The notes under the pieces were generated by a model. The model did not search any database, was not told the DNA's origin, and saw nothing but the letters and a program-made list of their open reading frames with translations. From contig JBITAJ010000022.1 of NCBI GenBank assembly GCA_044440125.1, positions 387,731 to 451,730 of the forward strand: DNA of 64,000 nucleotides. The letters run 5' to 3'. Positions within the stretch are counted from its first letter, which is position 1, and each line of letters begins with the position of its first letter. The position numbers and the translations under genes were made by a program. Origin of the DNA: Sedimentisphaeraceae bacterium JB056 (GTDB taxonomy: Bacteria > Planctomycetota > Phycisphaerae > Sedimentisphaerales > Sedimentisphaeraceae). This document shows, piece by piece, positions 19,632 to 29,325 of this stretch.

Positions 19632-19919
19632 ACATCAAAAGAACGCATAGTTTACTTTTTCACGAGTTTTTTTCAAGTATCAAAAGGCTAAAAAAAATAA
19701 AATATATCAAACAATACAACACAACAGACATAAACCAAGTATAATAAACAACTTACCAAGCACAAACAACATCAAAACATCTCAACCTGCAACCATTTCT
19801 TGAAAAAAGATTAAAAATCAGGACAAAATAACTATAATAATCAGTCAGGTAAGTTAAAGACTGATAAATTGAAACAAAAATACTGGGTAATCCAAAACGC
19901 CCAGCCAAAATAAAGAACA

Positions 19920-20489
19920 ATGAAAATGAAAAATACAATAGCCGAAATGACCGCCGACCACATCGACGCAATCAGCTACTTCAAGGCCAACAGCATTGAA
20001 ACAGTAGAGAAAATTGCAACTCTGACTACTTCTGTCTTCAAGAATGGCGGCAGCGTCTATCTTTGCGGCAACGGTGGGTCTGCTGCAGACTGCCAACATA
20101 TTGCAGGCGAACTAATCGGACGCTTCCGAAAAGAACGAAAAGCTCTGCCTGCAGTTGCTTTGACCACTGATACTTCTGTGTTAACTTGTCTGGGCAATGA
20201 CTATAATTTTGGACATATATTCATTCGCCAAGTTGAGGCAATGGTTACGGAGAAAGATATTATCTGGGCTTTTTCTACAAGTGGAACATCTGAGAATATA
20301 ATAAAAGCGGTAGAACTTGCCAAAGAGAAAAGAGCCAAGATTGTAAGCTTCACAGGCAAGCCAGACAGCCTTCTCGAGACGCTTTCCGATGTTTGCCTAT
20401 GCACAAACACCAGATTTACAAGTTCGTCTCAGGAAGTACACCAGCTTGCATACCACATAATCTGCAAACTCATCGAAGACCAATTCTAA
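19920..20489 (+). CDS. gmhA: Phosphoheptose isomerase (SIS domain)
   Basis: CGNGGSAADCQH, GNDY, STSG and QEVH motifs. Confidence 0.9.
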   Translation: MKMKNTIAEMTADHIDAISYFKANSIETVEKIATLTTSVFKNGGSVYLCGNGGSAADCQHIAGELIGRFRKERKALPAVALTTDTSVLTCLGNDYNFGHIFIRQVEAMVTEKDIIWAFSTSGTSENIIKAVELAKEKRAKIVSFTGKPDSLLETLSDVCLCTNTRFTSSSQEVHQLAYHIICKLIEDQF

Positions 20490-20515
20490 TTGCATAATAA
20501 TTTGCAATAGGAATA

Positions 20516-21007
20516 CTATTCAAGTTTGAAATATTTCATCCAGTAAGAAACCTCTGAGGTGGTTATACCTCTGCGTTTTGCGGCAGGTTCTTTTATTTTG
20601 GGTTTCGGTTTATCAATCTCTTTGATAACATCAAACCAGAAATCAATACTCGGAATACTCGTTGCTCGTCTGCGTCTGGCCTTGTCCCTGATTTTCCTGT
20701 CGCTGCTTACAACTACAAGCCGCTTAGGTGCACTGCTGGCCTCTATCTCAGCCTCAATATAGTCATCAGCTTCGTAGTAATCTCCTGAAAACTCCACTTC
20801 AAGCCTCGCAAAATTCTGAAAGAAACGTTTATCAGAAGGCCCCATGCCATCGTAAAAAAGTACCCCCCTCGACTTCTTAAGCTGAAGATACTCTTCCAGG
20901 ATATGACAAAGAAAATGCGTAGCAGCCTCTACTGAAAGCGAAGCAAACTGCTCTCCACTGCCGCGAACTGCAAATAAAAGATTATGCCCATCAAAAATAT
21001 ACTGCAT
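20516..21007 (-). CDS. NYN domain protein (YacP/Rae1-like ribonuclease)
   Basis: YIFDGHNL, FYDG, EADDYI and VVSSDRKI motifs. Confidence 0.82.
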   Translation of the reverse strand: MQYIFDGHNLLFAVRGSGEQFASLSVEAATHFLCHILEEYLQLKKSRGVLFYDGMGPSDKRFFQNFARLEVEFSGDYYEADDYIEAEIEASSAPKRLVVVSSDRKIRDKARRRRATSIPSIDFWFDVIKEIDKPKPKIKEPAAKRRGITTSEVSYWMKYFKLE

Positions 21008-21014
21008 TAGTAAC

Positions 21015-22328
21015 TTACATCTTGTCTTTATATCTGACTTCGCCGCCAACGACAGTATATTTCACTCTGCCTTCAAGCTCCCAGCCGTTATATGGGCAAT
21101 TTTTAGACTTCGAGACGAACTTATCAACATCGACAGTCCATTTTTCGCTTGGATCAAATACCGTAACATCACCCCAATTACCAATGCTCAACGCCCCCTT
21201 CTCTCCATCGATACCGATTATCTTAGCAGGGTTGCATGTCATCATTGCCAGAAGCTTAGTCCAATCTATCGTGCCGTCTTTAACAAGTGCCTTTATATAA
21301 AGAGACAAGGCACATTCAAGACCAACGATACCAAACGGAGCGTACAAAAACTCAAGTTCCTTCTCACTCTCAAGATGAGGCGCATGATCCGTAGCCAGAA
21401 CGTCGACAAAACCTTCTTTTATTGCCTGTTTTATGGCAGCAATATCCGCCTCAGTTCTAAGCGGCGGATTCATTTTATAGTTAGTATCGTATTCAGCTAT
21501 TGAGTCATCTGTCAAAAGAAGATGGTGCGGAGCTACCTCGCAAGTTACAGACAGCCCATCTTTCTTGGCTTTTCGTATTATTTCAATAGAGCCCTTCGTT
21601 GACAAATGCTGCGCGTGGTATCTCGCTTTTGTGCTTTTAACAAGCTGAACATCTCGCCAAAGCATAAGTTCCTCAGCAAGCGGGCTTATGCCAGGTAAAC
21701 CGAGTATAGTAGAATTGTACCCGGAGTTCATCACACCACTTCCTGCAAGGGAATTGTCCTGACAATGCTGACTGACTACAAGGTCGAACATACTCGCATA
21801 CTTCAGACATTTTGACATTACGCTGGCGTCCTGTATACCTGAGCCATCATCAGTAAAGCCAACAGCTCCGGCTTTGGCCATCAGACCCATTTCTGCCATC
21901 TCAACACCTTGACGATCTTTTGTAAGGGCCCCCATCACATAAACATGAGTCTTTCGCGTTTGTCTGCCCATACGATGAACAAACTCAATGCTTGTCTCAT
22001 CCTGTATCGTAGGATCAGTATTCGGCATGCACACAACTGAAGTAAAACCGCCTGCAACCGCTGCTGCCGAGCCGCTTGCTATTGTCTCCTCTTCCTCGTC
22101 ACCGGGCTCACGGAAGTGTACATGTATATCGATAAGACCCGGGGCTACAATCATGCCGTCAGCATCAATTACATTATCATTGACTGACCGAACTTCATCA
22201 TCAGAAACCTTTCCGACCTTTACGATCTTACCAGATTTTATCAAAACATCAGCAATCTCGTCAATATTATTAAGCGGGTCAATAACCCGGCCATTTTTTA
22301 TAACTAACTCATTCGTATTTTTTTTCAT
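21015..22328 (-). CDS. pyrC: Dihydroorotase
   Basis: DIHVHFREPG, CMPNT, KMNPPLR and ATDHAPH motifs. Confidence 0.95.
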   Translation of the reverse strand: MKKNTNELVIKNGRVIDPLNNIDEIADVLIKSGKIVKVGKVSDDEVRSVNDNVIDADGMIVAPGLIDIHVHFREPGDEEEETIASGSAAAVAGGFTSVVCMPNTDPTIQDETSIEFVHRMGRQTRKTHVYVMGALTKDRQGVEMAEMGLMAKAGAVGFTDDGSGIQDASVMSKCLKYASMFDLVVSQHCQDNSLAGSGVMNSGYNSTILGLPGISPLAEELMLWRDVQLVKSTKARYHAQHLSTKGSIEIIRKAKKDGLSVTCEVAPHHLLLTDDSIAEYDTNYKMNPPLRTEADIAAIKQAIKEGFVDVLATDHAPHLESEKELEFLYAPFGIVGLECALSLYIKALVKDGTIDWTKLLAMMTCNPAKIIGIDGEKGALSIGNWGDVTVFDPSEKWTVDVDKFVSKSKNCPYNGWELEGRVKYTVVGGEVRYKDKM

Positions 22329-22384
22329 TTATCTCAATCCTGAATTTCACCAATTCCTACAAAGATAGTATCCTGAACATCAAA

Positions 22385-23335
22385 CTATTCTTGATCAGCG
22401 ACAGTACTGACAAGAAACAAAACAGCCATTCTTACAGATATACCATTGGTTACCTGCTGAAGTATAAGACTGTTAGGGCCATCAGCAACGCTGCTTTCAA
22501 TCTCGAGACCTCGGTTCATAGGACCGGGATGTATCACCATTATATCTTTTTTAGCTCGCTTCATTCTCTCATGAGTCAATCCAAAAAAGCGGCTGTACTC
22601 ACGCTTTGAAGGAAAAGGATTACTCGCAAGTCTCTCAAACTGAATACGAAGCATATTGATAACATCAAGCTCCTCAATAACTTCATCAAGATCGTAACTA
22701 ACCTTAACCGGTAACTTATCAACCTGAGCCGGCATAAGCGTTGGCGGGCCTATAAGCGTAACTTCGGCGCCAAGCTTCGTCATTGCATAAATATTGCTTC
22801 TCGCAACACGGGAATTGGCGATATCGCCTACAATACCTATCTTCAACCCATCAAGACTGCCTCTATTCTTACGTATTGTATAAACATCAAGCAACGCTTG
22901 AGTAGGATGCTCATTATATCCATCACCGGCATTTACTATTGAAGCGTTAATACTTCTGCTCAAAAGCTTTGCGGTTCCTCCGGCAGCATGGCGTACAACA
23001 ACAATATCAATACCCATTGCTTCAAGATTTCGTGCAGTATCAAGAAGTGTCTCACCTTTACTGATAGCACTTGCTTTTTTTGTAAACTCTATCACATCAG
23101 CACTTAAACGACCGGCAGCAAGAGCAAAACTGTTACGTGTACGAGTGCTGTCCTCAAAGAACATATTAACCACTACCTTGCCTCTCAGTGCAGGGACTTT
23201 CTTTATCCGCCGCCTGTTCACCTCACTGAAAGAATCAGCTGTATCAAGAATATATTCTATTTCCTGCCTTGAAAAATCCCGCAAACCAAGCAGGTGCTTA
23301 CGTGTCCATTTGAATTTGTCAGCCACAGTTTTCAA
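22385..23335 (-). CDS. pyrB: Aspartate carbamoyltransferase catalytic subunit
   Basis: FFEDSTRT, HPTQALLD, RIQFER and HPGP motifs. Confidence 0.96.
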   Translation of the reverse strand: MKTVADKFKWTRKHLLGLRDFSRQEIEYILDTADSFSEVNRRRIKKVPALRGKVVVNMFFEDSTRTRNSFALAAGRLSADVIEFTKKASAISKGETLLDTARNLEAMGIDIVVVRHAAGGTAKLLSRSINASIVNAGDGYNEHPTQALLDVYTIRKNRGSLDGLKIGIVGDIANSRVARSNIYAMTKLGAEVTLIGPPTLMPAQVDKLPVKVSYDLDEVIEELDVINMLRIQFERLASNPFPSKREYSRFFGLTHERMKRAKKDIMVIHPGPMNRGLEIESSVADGPNSLILQQVTNGISVRMAVLFLVSTVADQE

Positions 23336-23352
23336 CTCCGTTTATATCAATT

Positions 23353-23889
23353 TCATTCATTATTGAAGGCATCTTCTATCTGAACCTCATCAATCCCATC
23401 AGCCTCTTCCATAAGAACATTAACCATTTGACTACGCTTTACATCAAGGTGCTTGCCAACATAATCTGCCTTTATAGGAAATTCTCGATGATCTCTTTCT
23501 ATGAGAGCAGCAAGCCTAATTGCTGCCGGCCTGCCAAATTCGATTACAGAATCCATCGCGGCACGACATGACCTGCCGGTATGCAGAACATCATCAACCA
23601 ATATAATTGTCTTGCCATCCACATCGAAGGGTATATCGGTCGGAGCTATTTTCAGAACTTTCTCCGGATCATGTATGTCATCTCGGTAAAGAGTTATGTC
23701 CGTGGACCCGCATTCAATATTCTTTCTTAATTTTTCACCGACAAGCTTAGCAAGTCTCTGGCCAACAAATATCCCTTTACTTCGTATTCCAACAACTGCT
23801 ATATCGGCATCAACTGAGGTATTTATCACAATATCGTTTGCCATGATTTCAATTGCTTCAGCAATCTGTTCTTTATCGAGTACGAGCAT
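23353..23889 (-). CDS. pyrR: PyrR-family uracil phosphoribosyltransferase/regulator
   Basis: DITLYRDD, LVDDVLHTGRS and HREFPIKADYVG motifs. Confidence 0.9.
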   Translation of the reverse strand: MLVLDKEQIAEAIEIMANDIVINTSVDADIAVVGIRSKGIFVGQRLAKLVGEKLRKNIECGSTDITLYRDDIHDPEKVLKIAPTDIPFDVDGKTIILVDDVLHTGRSCRAAMDSVIEFGRPAAIRLAALIERDHREFPIKADYVGKHLDVKRSQMVNVLMEEADGIDEVQIEDAFNNE

Positions 23890-23932
23890 AAAACCTCTCA
23901 TATTTATGACTTATAACCATCGGTCATAACTG

Positions 23933-24661
23933 TCATTTTTTCTTTTTCTTTTTTTCAATTATCTCGCCTGTATCAGAATCTATCACCCCAATGTCAACAA
24001 GAGCATTGTAAGCAGCCTTCTGATCAGCCTGTTTCTTATTAACTCCCCAGCCTCTTCCAAGACTCCTAAGTCCAAGAAGAACCTCAGACTCAAAACATTT
24101 GTTATGATCTGGCCCCTGCTCATCAACTATTTCATAATGAGGAGCGTTACCATATTTCTTTTGAGTATAATGTTGTAAAAGTGACTTGTAGTTGCCTTTA
24201 TGCTGACTCTGAGCCGTCTCTTCAATGATATCACTAAAATTGTCGAGAATAAATTTCTTAACCTTTTTATAGCCACTGTCAAGGTATATTGCAGCTATGA
24301 TTGCTTCAAGAACACCCGCAGCGACAGAGTTACTAATAGAATCAAGCTTCTCTGAGCCTTTACCAAGTATAGTAAATTTTGCAAGTTCAAGCGGTTCGGC
24401 AACAGTTGAGCAACTCTTGCGAGAAACAACCGAACTTTTCAATTGAGTTAGGCTACCCTCATCCATATCCTCATAAGTGTCATATATCCACTCACAGATA
24501 ACCATGTCAAGTATGGCATCACCGAAGAATTCAAGTCTTTCATTACTGTCAAAACGGTTAACGACACTTGAACAGTGAGTCATTGCCTGCTCAAGCAGCT
24601 TTATATTTTTAAATTTGTATCCAAGTTTTTTTTGAAGTTTTTCTAGATCATCATTGTCCAT
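23933..24661 (-). CDS. rnc: Ribonuclease III
   Basis: NERLEFFGDAIL signature; C-terminal dsRBD (NYKSLLQ...GPDH). Confidence 0.95.
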   Translation of the reverse strand: MDNDDLEKLQKKLGYKFKNIKLLEQAMTHCSSVVNRFDSNERLEFFGDAILDMVICEWIYDTYEDMDEGSLTQLKSSVVSRKSCSTVAEPLELAKFTILGKGSEKLDSISNSVAAGVLEAIIAAIYLDSGYKKVKKFILDNFSDIIEETAQSQHKGNYKSLLQHYTQKKYGNAPHYEIVDEQGPDHNKCFESEVLLGLRSLGRGWGVNKKQADQKAAYNALVDIGVIDSDTGEIIEKKKKKK

Positions 24662-24928
24662 AATTGCGTTCCGGCAAAGTTTGCTAAATTCATAACCCGC
24701 AACCGCCTAACAGATTAACAGAGAATGCTGTAAAAAGCAACCAAAATGCCGTCAAAAAAACATCTAACAATGTTGAAAAACAAACTTGTATATATAATAA
24801 TATAGAAGCAATTAAGGCTTGGGACTACTGTAAAAGCCATAAAGTTGCAAACCAGCTATTGCTATTTAATTAAAATACCAGAATTTATGAATATTATAGA
24901 ATGTAACCGATATTGCCAGCCGTAAATA

Positions 24929-26293
24929 TCATTCCCCTAAAAAAGCACCTTGCTGACGCAAGACTGCCTTAAGGCCTTTCAAGGGGACATCATACACCGG
25001 CATCCCCCTTCGGGAAGCAATGGCTGCCGCAGCACCGCCGGCATGACCAACTGCTCCCATCGTTGGACTAGTACGGATTGCTGCCTGAGCTTCGAACGTA
25101 GACGAGATACACCTTCCAACAGTTATTAGATTTGAAATCTGCGGATTAACAAGAGTCCTGTAAGGAATTCCATAATAATCACCTCCCCTGAAAGTACTGA
25201 TATTCATTTCACTATCTAATCGGTCAACTGGATGAAAGTTTATAGGATATCCGCTGAACGCTATTGAATCTTCATGTTTTCTGAAAGAAAGTATGTCTTT
25301 CGCATTCAATATATAAAGCCCTTTTATCTGCCGACTGCTCCTGACACCTATAGTCGGACCGGAAAAAGCGAGAGTGGAATTCTCAAATCCCGGAACCCAT
25401 TTCCTTAAAAATCGGTCTATATTTCTAACCTGCTGACGCCCACAAACCTCAATTTCACTGAGATCTGTTGGGACAACAGGGTTATAACCGTATATTCGAG
25501 AAGTATTTACTATTACTTCTCCCTTGTTATTAGCCTCAAATATCAAAACAACTTCACTATCTATATCAAAATCACCCTTATCTTTCGCCATCTTTACAAT
25601 ACTACGAAAACCTCCAATAGAAAGCCTGCTTCCTTTATCTATATTCTGAGCATTGTCTCTTAGAAATGGGAAATCACCTGGATTGCGTCTTATGTAAGAT
25701 TTTATAGCATCAATGTCAACATTTACCATACGCATATTCATTGTTACAGGCTGACATCTGCCGTCTCCCTTTCTCCCCATAGAACAATTAACCCCTGCCC
25801 AGGCAGCAAGGTCAGCATCGCCACTGGCATCAATGAAAACACCTGCTTTTAGCTTGCTGACACCTCCCTTATTACACACTTCTATGCTCTCAATTGCATT
25901 ATCTTCAACATTAACTCCTGCAAGCATTGTATGAAATAATACTGCAACACCTGATTCTGTGAACATCTCATCCAGCTGATACTTCATAGCTTCCGTATCG
26001 AAAGGAGTTACCGTATAAGTATATTCGTTGGTATCGTAGATATGCCCCGGTGATTTACCTTCTTCAACGAGCTTATCCACCAGCTCGCTTGTAAGTCCCT
26101 TTATGATCTGCATATCACCTGCATAAAAACTCATCATAGGCCCTACGCCTGCCGCAGTCAACATGCCGCCAAGAAAACCATGTTGCTCTATAACAAGAAC
26201 ACTGACGCCTTCTTTGGCAGCAGCAACTGCTGCCATTGCACCTGAAATACCCCCACCAACAACTATAACATCATATTTTTCCCTGATATACAT
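24929..26293 (-). CDS. FAD-dependent oxidoreductase of unknown substrate
   Basis: VVGGGISG, IDASGDAD, YGIPYRTL and GRCISST motifs. Confidence 0.85.
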   Translation of the reverse strand: MYIREKYDVIVVGGGISGAMAAVAAAKEGVSVLVIEQHGFLGGMLTAAGVGPMMSFYAGDMQIIKGLTSELVDKLVEEGKSPGHIYDTNEYTYTVTPFDTEAMKYQLDEMFTESGVAVLFHTMLAGVNVEDNAIESIEVCNKGGVSKLKAGVFIDASGDADLAAWAGVNCSMGRKGDGRCQPVTMNMRMVNVDIDAIKSYIRRNPGDFPFLRDNAQNIDKGSRLSIGGFRSIVKMAKDKGDFDIDSEVVLIFEANNKGEVIVNTSRIYGYNPVVPTDLSEIEVCGRQQVRNIDRFLRKWVPGFENSTLAFSGPTIGVRSSRQIKGLYILNAKDILSFRKHEDSIAFSGYPINFHPVDRLDSEMNISTFRGGDYYGIPYRTLVNPQISNLITVGRCISSTFEAQAAIRTSPTMGAVGHAGGAAAAIASRRGMPVYDVPLKGLKAVLRQQGAFLGE

Positions 26294-26700
26294 GCCATTA
26301 CCCCCCGAAAACATACACCAAAATACCGGAGACAAGCTCCCTAAAATTCAATCATAACAAATCCTTTCAATGAAAACAATAAAATAATAAAGTAAGAAAT
26401 AGGCCGATATCAAGTCCAACTGTCAATTGCATAGCTTGTAAAAATTCCAACACTTATCAAACATACCCTCATTAAAAAGTTTTTTTTAATTTTTAGTTTT
26501 AAATTTGCCTTAAATACGTATATATTAAGTGATTATTATTTAAAGTAGCGGCAGTAGCATAATCGGTCTTTAGCTGATTAGGTGAATTTCAAAAGTTATG
26601 AACATGAAATAAAGTCCATAAAACTTTTTACAGCAACCATATGCACCGAAATCACCTTCTGCCATTAACGTTATTATTATTTTAGAAAACATAGAGAATC

Positions 26701-27111
26701 ATGCTGAAAGAACTTTTTGAAAAACAGGCAGAATTGAACAAACGTACCGGTTTTGATGCTAAAGCACTACGCGAGAACTTCGACCCTAAATACGGCGGCG
26801 AATGGCTCAACAACTATATCATGGCAATGGGCAATGAGCTGGAAGAACTCAGAGACTGTACATTCTGGAAACACTGGTGCAAAGAAGCCAAAGAAGGACG
26901 CAGATTCGAGATAAACGACCTCCAAAACGCAAGAGTTGAAGTAATCGATATGCTGTTTTTCTGGATCAGCCTCGCTCAATGCCTCGGCCTCAACGAAGAA
27001 GATGTAATCAATCTCTATAACCAGAAGCTTGGCGTAAACCATAAACGACAGGATGATGATTATTCCATGGCAGAAAAGACGGAAGACGACAACAAGGAAA
27101 TCACTATCTAA
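26701..27111 (+). CDS. Dimeric (all-alpha) dUTPase-like NTP pyrophosphatase
   Basis: ELEEL...WKHW, EVIDMLFF and K...NHKRQ motifs. Confidence 0.8.
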   Translation: MLKELFEKQAELNKRTGFDAKALRENFDPKYGGEWLNNYIMAMGNELEELRDCTFWKHWCKEAKEGRRFEINDLQNARVEVIDMLFFWISLAQCLGLNEEDVINLYNQKLGVNHKRQDDDYSMAEKTEDDNKEITI

Positions 27112-27162
27112 AAAAGCCACTAAAAGAACGATAATCTTTATCATTTTCAATTGGTGTTTTTA

Positions 27163-28239
27163 ATGAATGAAAGTAATGAACTCAAAATAGCTTTTTGCGG
27201 TCTCAACAGCAAAGGAATCGAAATAATAAAAGTCGTTTCAAAGCTGTCAAACTGTAAGATTTCGGCTCTTTTCGGAAATGATCCGGAACTGACTGAGAGA
27301 TTGGCCCAGCAATATCAATGTCTGCCTTTCAATGATCTCAGACAGCTTGTGCTTAAGGCCAAACCGGAATTGCTTATACTTTCCTCAAATCATCAAATAC
27401 CTAAAGACATTATAAATATAGCAATAGAAAACGGTACTCATTTACTTAAAGTACCGCCGGCAGCATTGGATTTCACTACATGTACTGAACTTATAACTTC
27501 AGCAGCTAAACACGGCGTAAGCTTTGTAACTGCAAATATATGTAGATTTGCTCCGGGATTTGCAGCTTTGCAAAAACACCTTGCTCAGACACCCGAAGAC
27601 CTGGAAAACACATACTTAATAGAGGCCGTTGGCAAGTTCTCAACTGATACCTCAGAACCTGAGAACAGGTGGCTTTGCGACCCTGAACTTGCCGGTGGCG
27701 GAGTACTGCTTAGAGAGTGTTACAATCTTATACAGGAAATAATAATAAACTTCTCTCTTCCCGAGTATGTTTATACACTTAAGACAAATCTTGCCCCTGA
27801 CAAAACGCAAAGATTGTCGTTGACGGAAGACTGCGCGACAGTATCAATGCGTTTTTCTGAAAAACTCATGGGTAATCTCATAGCTAATAGAACTTGTCAT
27901 AAAAATGAGCAGCTAATACGTCTATATTGCCCGGATAAGTATATTAGCGTACGACCTGCTTCATTGAAGATAACCGATCTTGATGGCAACTTAATATCTG
28001 AGACGACTGGGGACAACTCACTTGATCTCATATACGAAAAGATAGTTACAGACATAACAAATCAGATTAAAGATAAAAATTACAATGGAATACTCGCCAA
28101 TGAGCAGCAAACAATGATGACAATGGCTTTTATTGAATCATGCTACCTATCATCAAGAACTGCGATGCCTGAGACACCAGATAAGATGCTTCAGATAAAC
28201 AAGGCAGAAAACCCCGCTGTAATATGGAAGAATAATTAA
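27163..28239 (+). CDS. Divergent Gfo/Idh/MocA-like protein
   Basis: RFAP, W..DPELAGGGVL and TED.A motifs; Rossmann and EKP motifs degenerate. Confidence 0.7.
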   Translation: MNESNELKIAFCGLNSKGIEIIKVVSKLSNCKISALFGNDPELTERLAQQYQCLPFNDLRQLVLKAKPELLILSSNHQIPKDIINIAIENGTHLLKVPPAALDFTTCTELITSAAKHGVSFVTANICRFAPGFAALQKHLAQTPEDLENTYLIEAVGKFSTDTSEPENRWLCDPELAGGGVLLRECYNLIQEIIINFSLPEYVYTLKTNLAPDKTQRLSLTEDCATVSMRFSEKLMGNLIANRTCHKNEQLIRLYCPDKYISVRPASLKITDLDGNLISETTGDNSLDLIYEKIVTDITNQIKDKNYNGILANEQQTMMTMAFIESCYLSSRTAMPETPDKMLQINKAENPAVIWKNN

Positions 28240-28251
28240 GGAACGAACCCA

Positions 28252-29319
28252 TTGAGTGATTATCAGGTAAAACTTGAAAATATATTTTCCGGCCCTCTTG
28301 ATCTCCTTCTCTACCTTGTAAGAAAAGACGAGGTAGACATATACGATATTAGCATATCAAGAATCACTCAACAGTATATCAAATATGTTGAAATGCTGAA
28401 GTCGTTCGACCTTGACCTGGCTGGTGATTTCATTGTTATGGCAGCTACTCTCATGGAGATTAAATCGGCAATGCTCTTGCCAAAGGCAGACCCCGATGAA
28501 GACATGGAAGAAGATGACGGCGACCCGAGAAGCCAACTTATCCGCCAGCTCCTTGAATACAAAAGATTCAAAGATGCGGCAAGCATCCTTGATCTCAAAG
28601 CCGGACAACAGCAGCATCGCTACAGGCGTCCGGAAACCTATATAAAGAGAATCCAGCCTGATCAGGAACCAGAGCTGGATCTTGAGGAAATAAGTATCTG
28701 GACACTCCTTGAAACATTCGACCACCTTATGAAGGCAACCGGGCGTTATCAGGACTACAGCCAGATCAAAGACGACACCCCTATCGACATATACGAGATA
28801 GAAATTCTCGACAGGCTCCAGCAAGAGGGCCCGCTGACGTTTGAACACATATTTGAGGGGCGAACAAATAGACTTGTACTTGTAGGATTGTTTCTGGCCA
28901 TGCTTGAGCTTATTAGGGATCGACTAATATGGGCAGAACAATCAGAAGAGACAAAAACAATTTATTTGCGTTCGCTCACAAAAGAGCCGGCTGAGCTCGC
29001 CGTCCAGAACGCGATCATTACGTCAGAGGAAAACATGAAAAACATTAAACTTCCCTCAGAAGACAATGAGTTCGAAACATCCGGTGATAACTACAATAAT
29101 GACAGCGATTTTGATTACGATGACAGCCAGCAAGAGTACAACGAAGAAGATTTAAGCTACGATGATGATTACGATGACAAAGACTATAACAGCTATGATG
29201 ATTCTGACGAAGATGACAGTGACTATACAGATGAGTATATAGATGATGGCTACGACAACTTCGACCAGGATGATTATATGAATAGCAGTGAAGATGATGA
29301 TTACAATTCGAAGGAATAA
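28252..29319 (+). CDS. scpA: Segregation/condensation protein A (kleisin) with acidic tail
   Basis: FSGPLDLLLYLV, DFIVMAATLMEIKSAMLLP and FLAMLELIR motifs. Confidence 0.92.
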   Translation: MSDYQVKLENIFSGPLDLLLYLVRKDEVDIYDISISRITQQYIKYVEMLKSFDLDLAGDFIVMAATLMEIKSAMLLPKADPDEDMEEDDGDPRSQLIRQLLEYKRFKDAASILDLKAGQQQHRYRRPETYIKRIQPDQEPELDLEEISIWTLLETFDHLMKATGRYQDYSQIKDDTPIDIYEIEILDRLQQEGPLTFEHIFEGRTNRLVLVGLFLAMLELIRDRLIWAEQSEETKTIYLRSLTKEPAELAVQNAIITSEENMKNIKLPSEDNEFETSGDNYNNDSDFDYDDSQQEYNEEDLSYDDDYDDKDYNSYDDSDEDDSDYTDEYIDDGYDNFDQDDYMNSSEDDDYNSKE

Positions 29320-29325
29320 GATAAA

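Noticed and set aside
23936..23956. Poly-Lys/A-rich end of rnc as a slippage site
   Set aside because: It lies at the extreme C-terminus, the tract is interrupted by G, and there is no evidence of an extended product.
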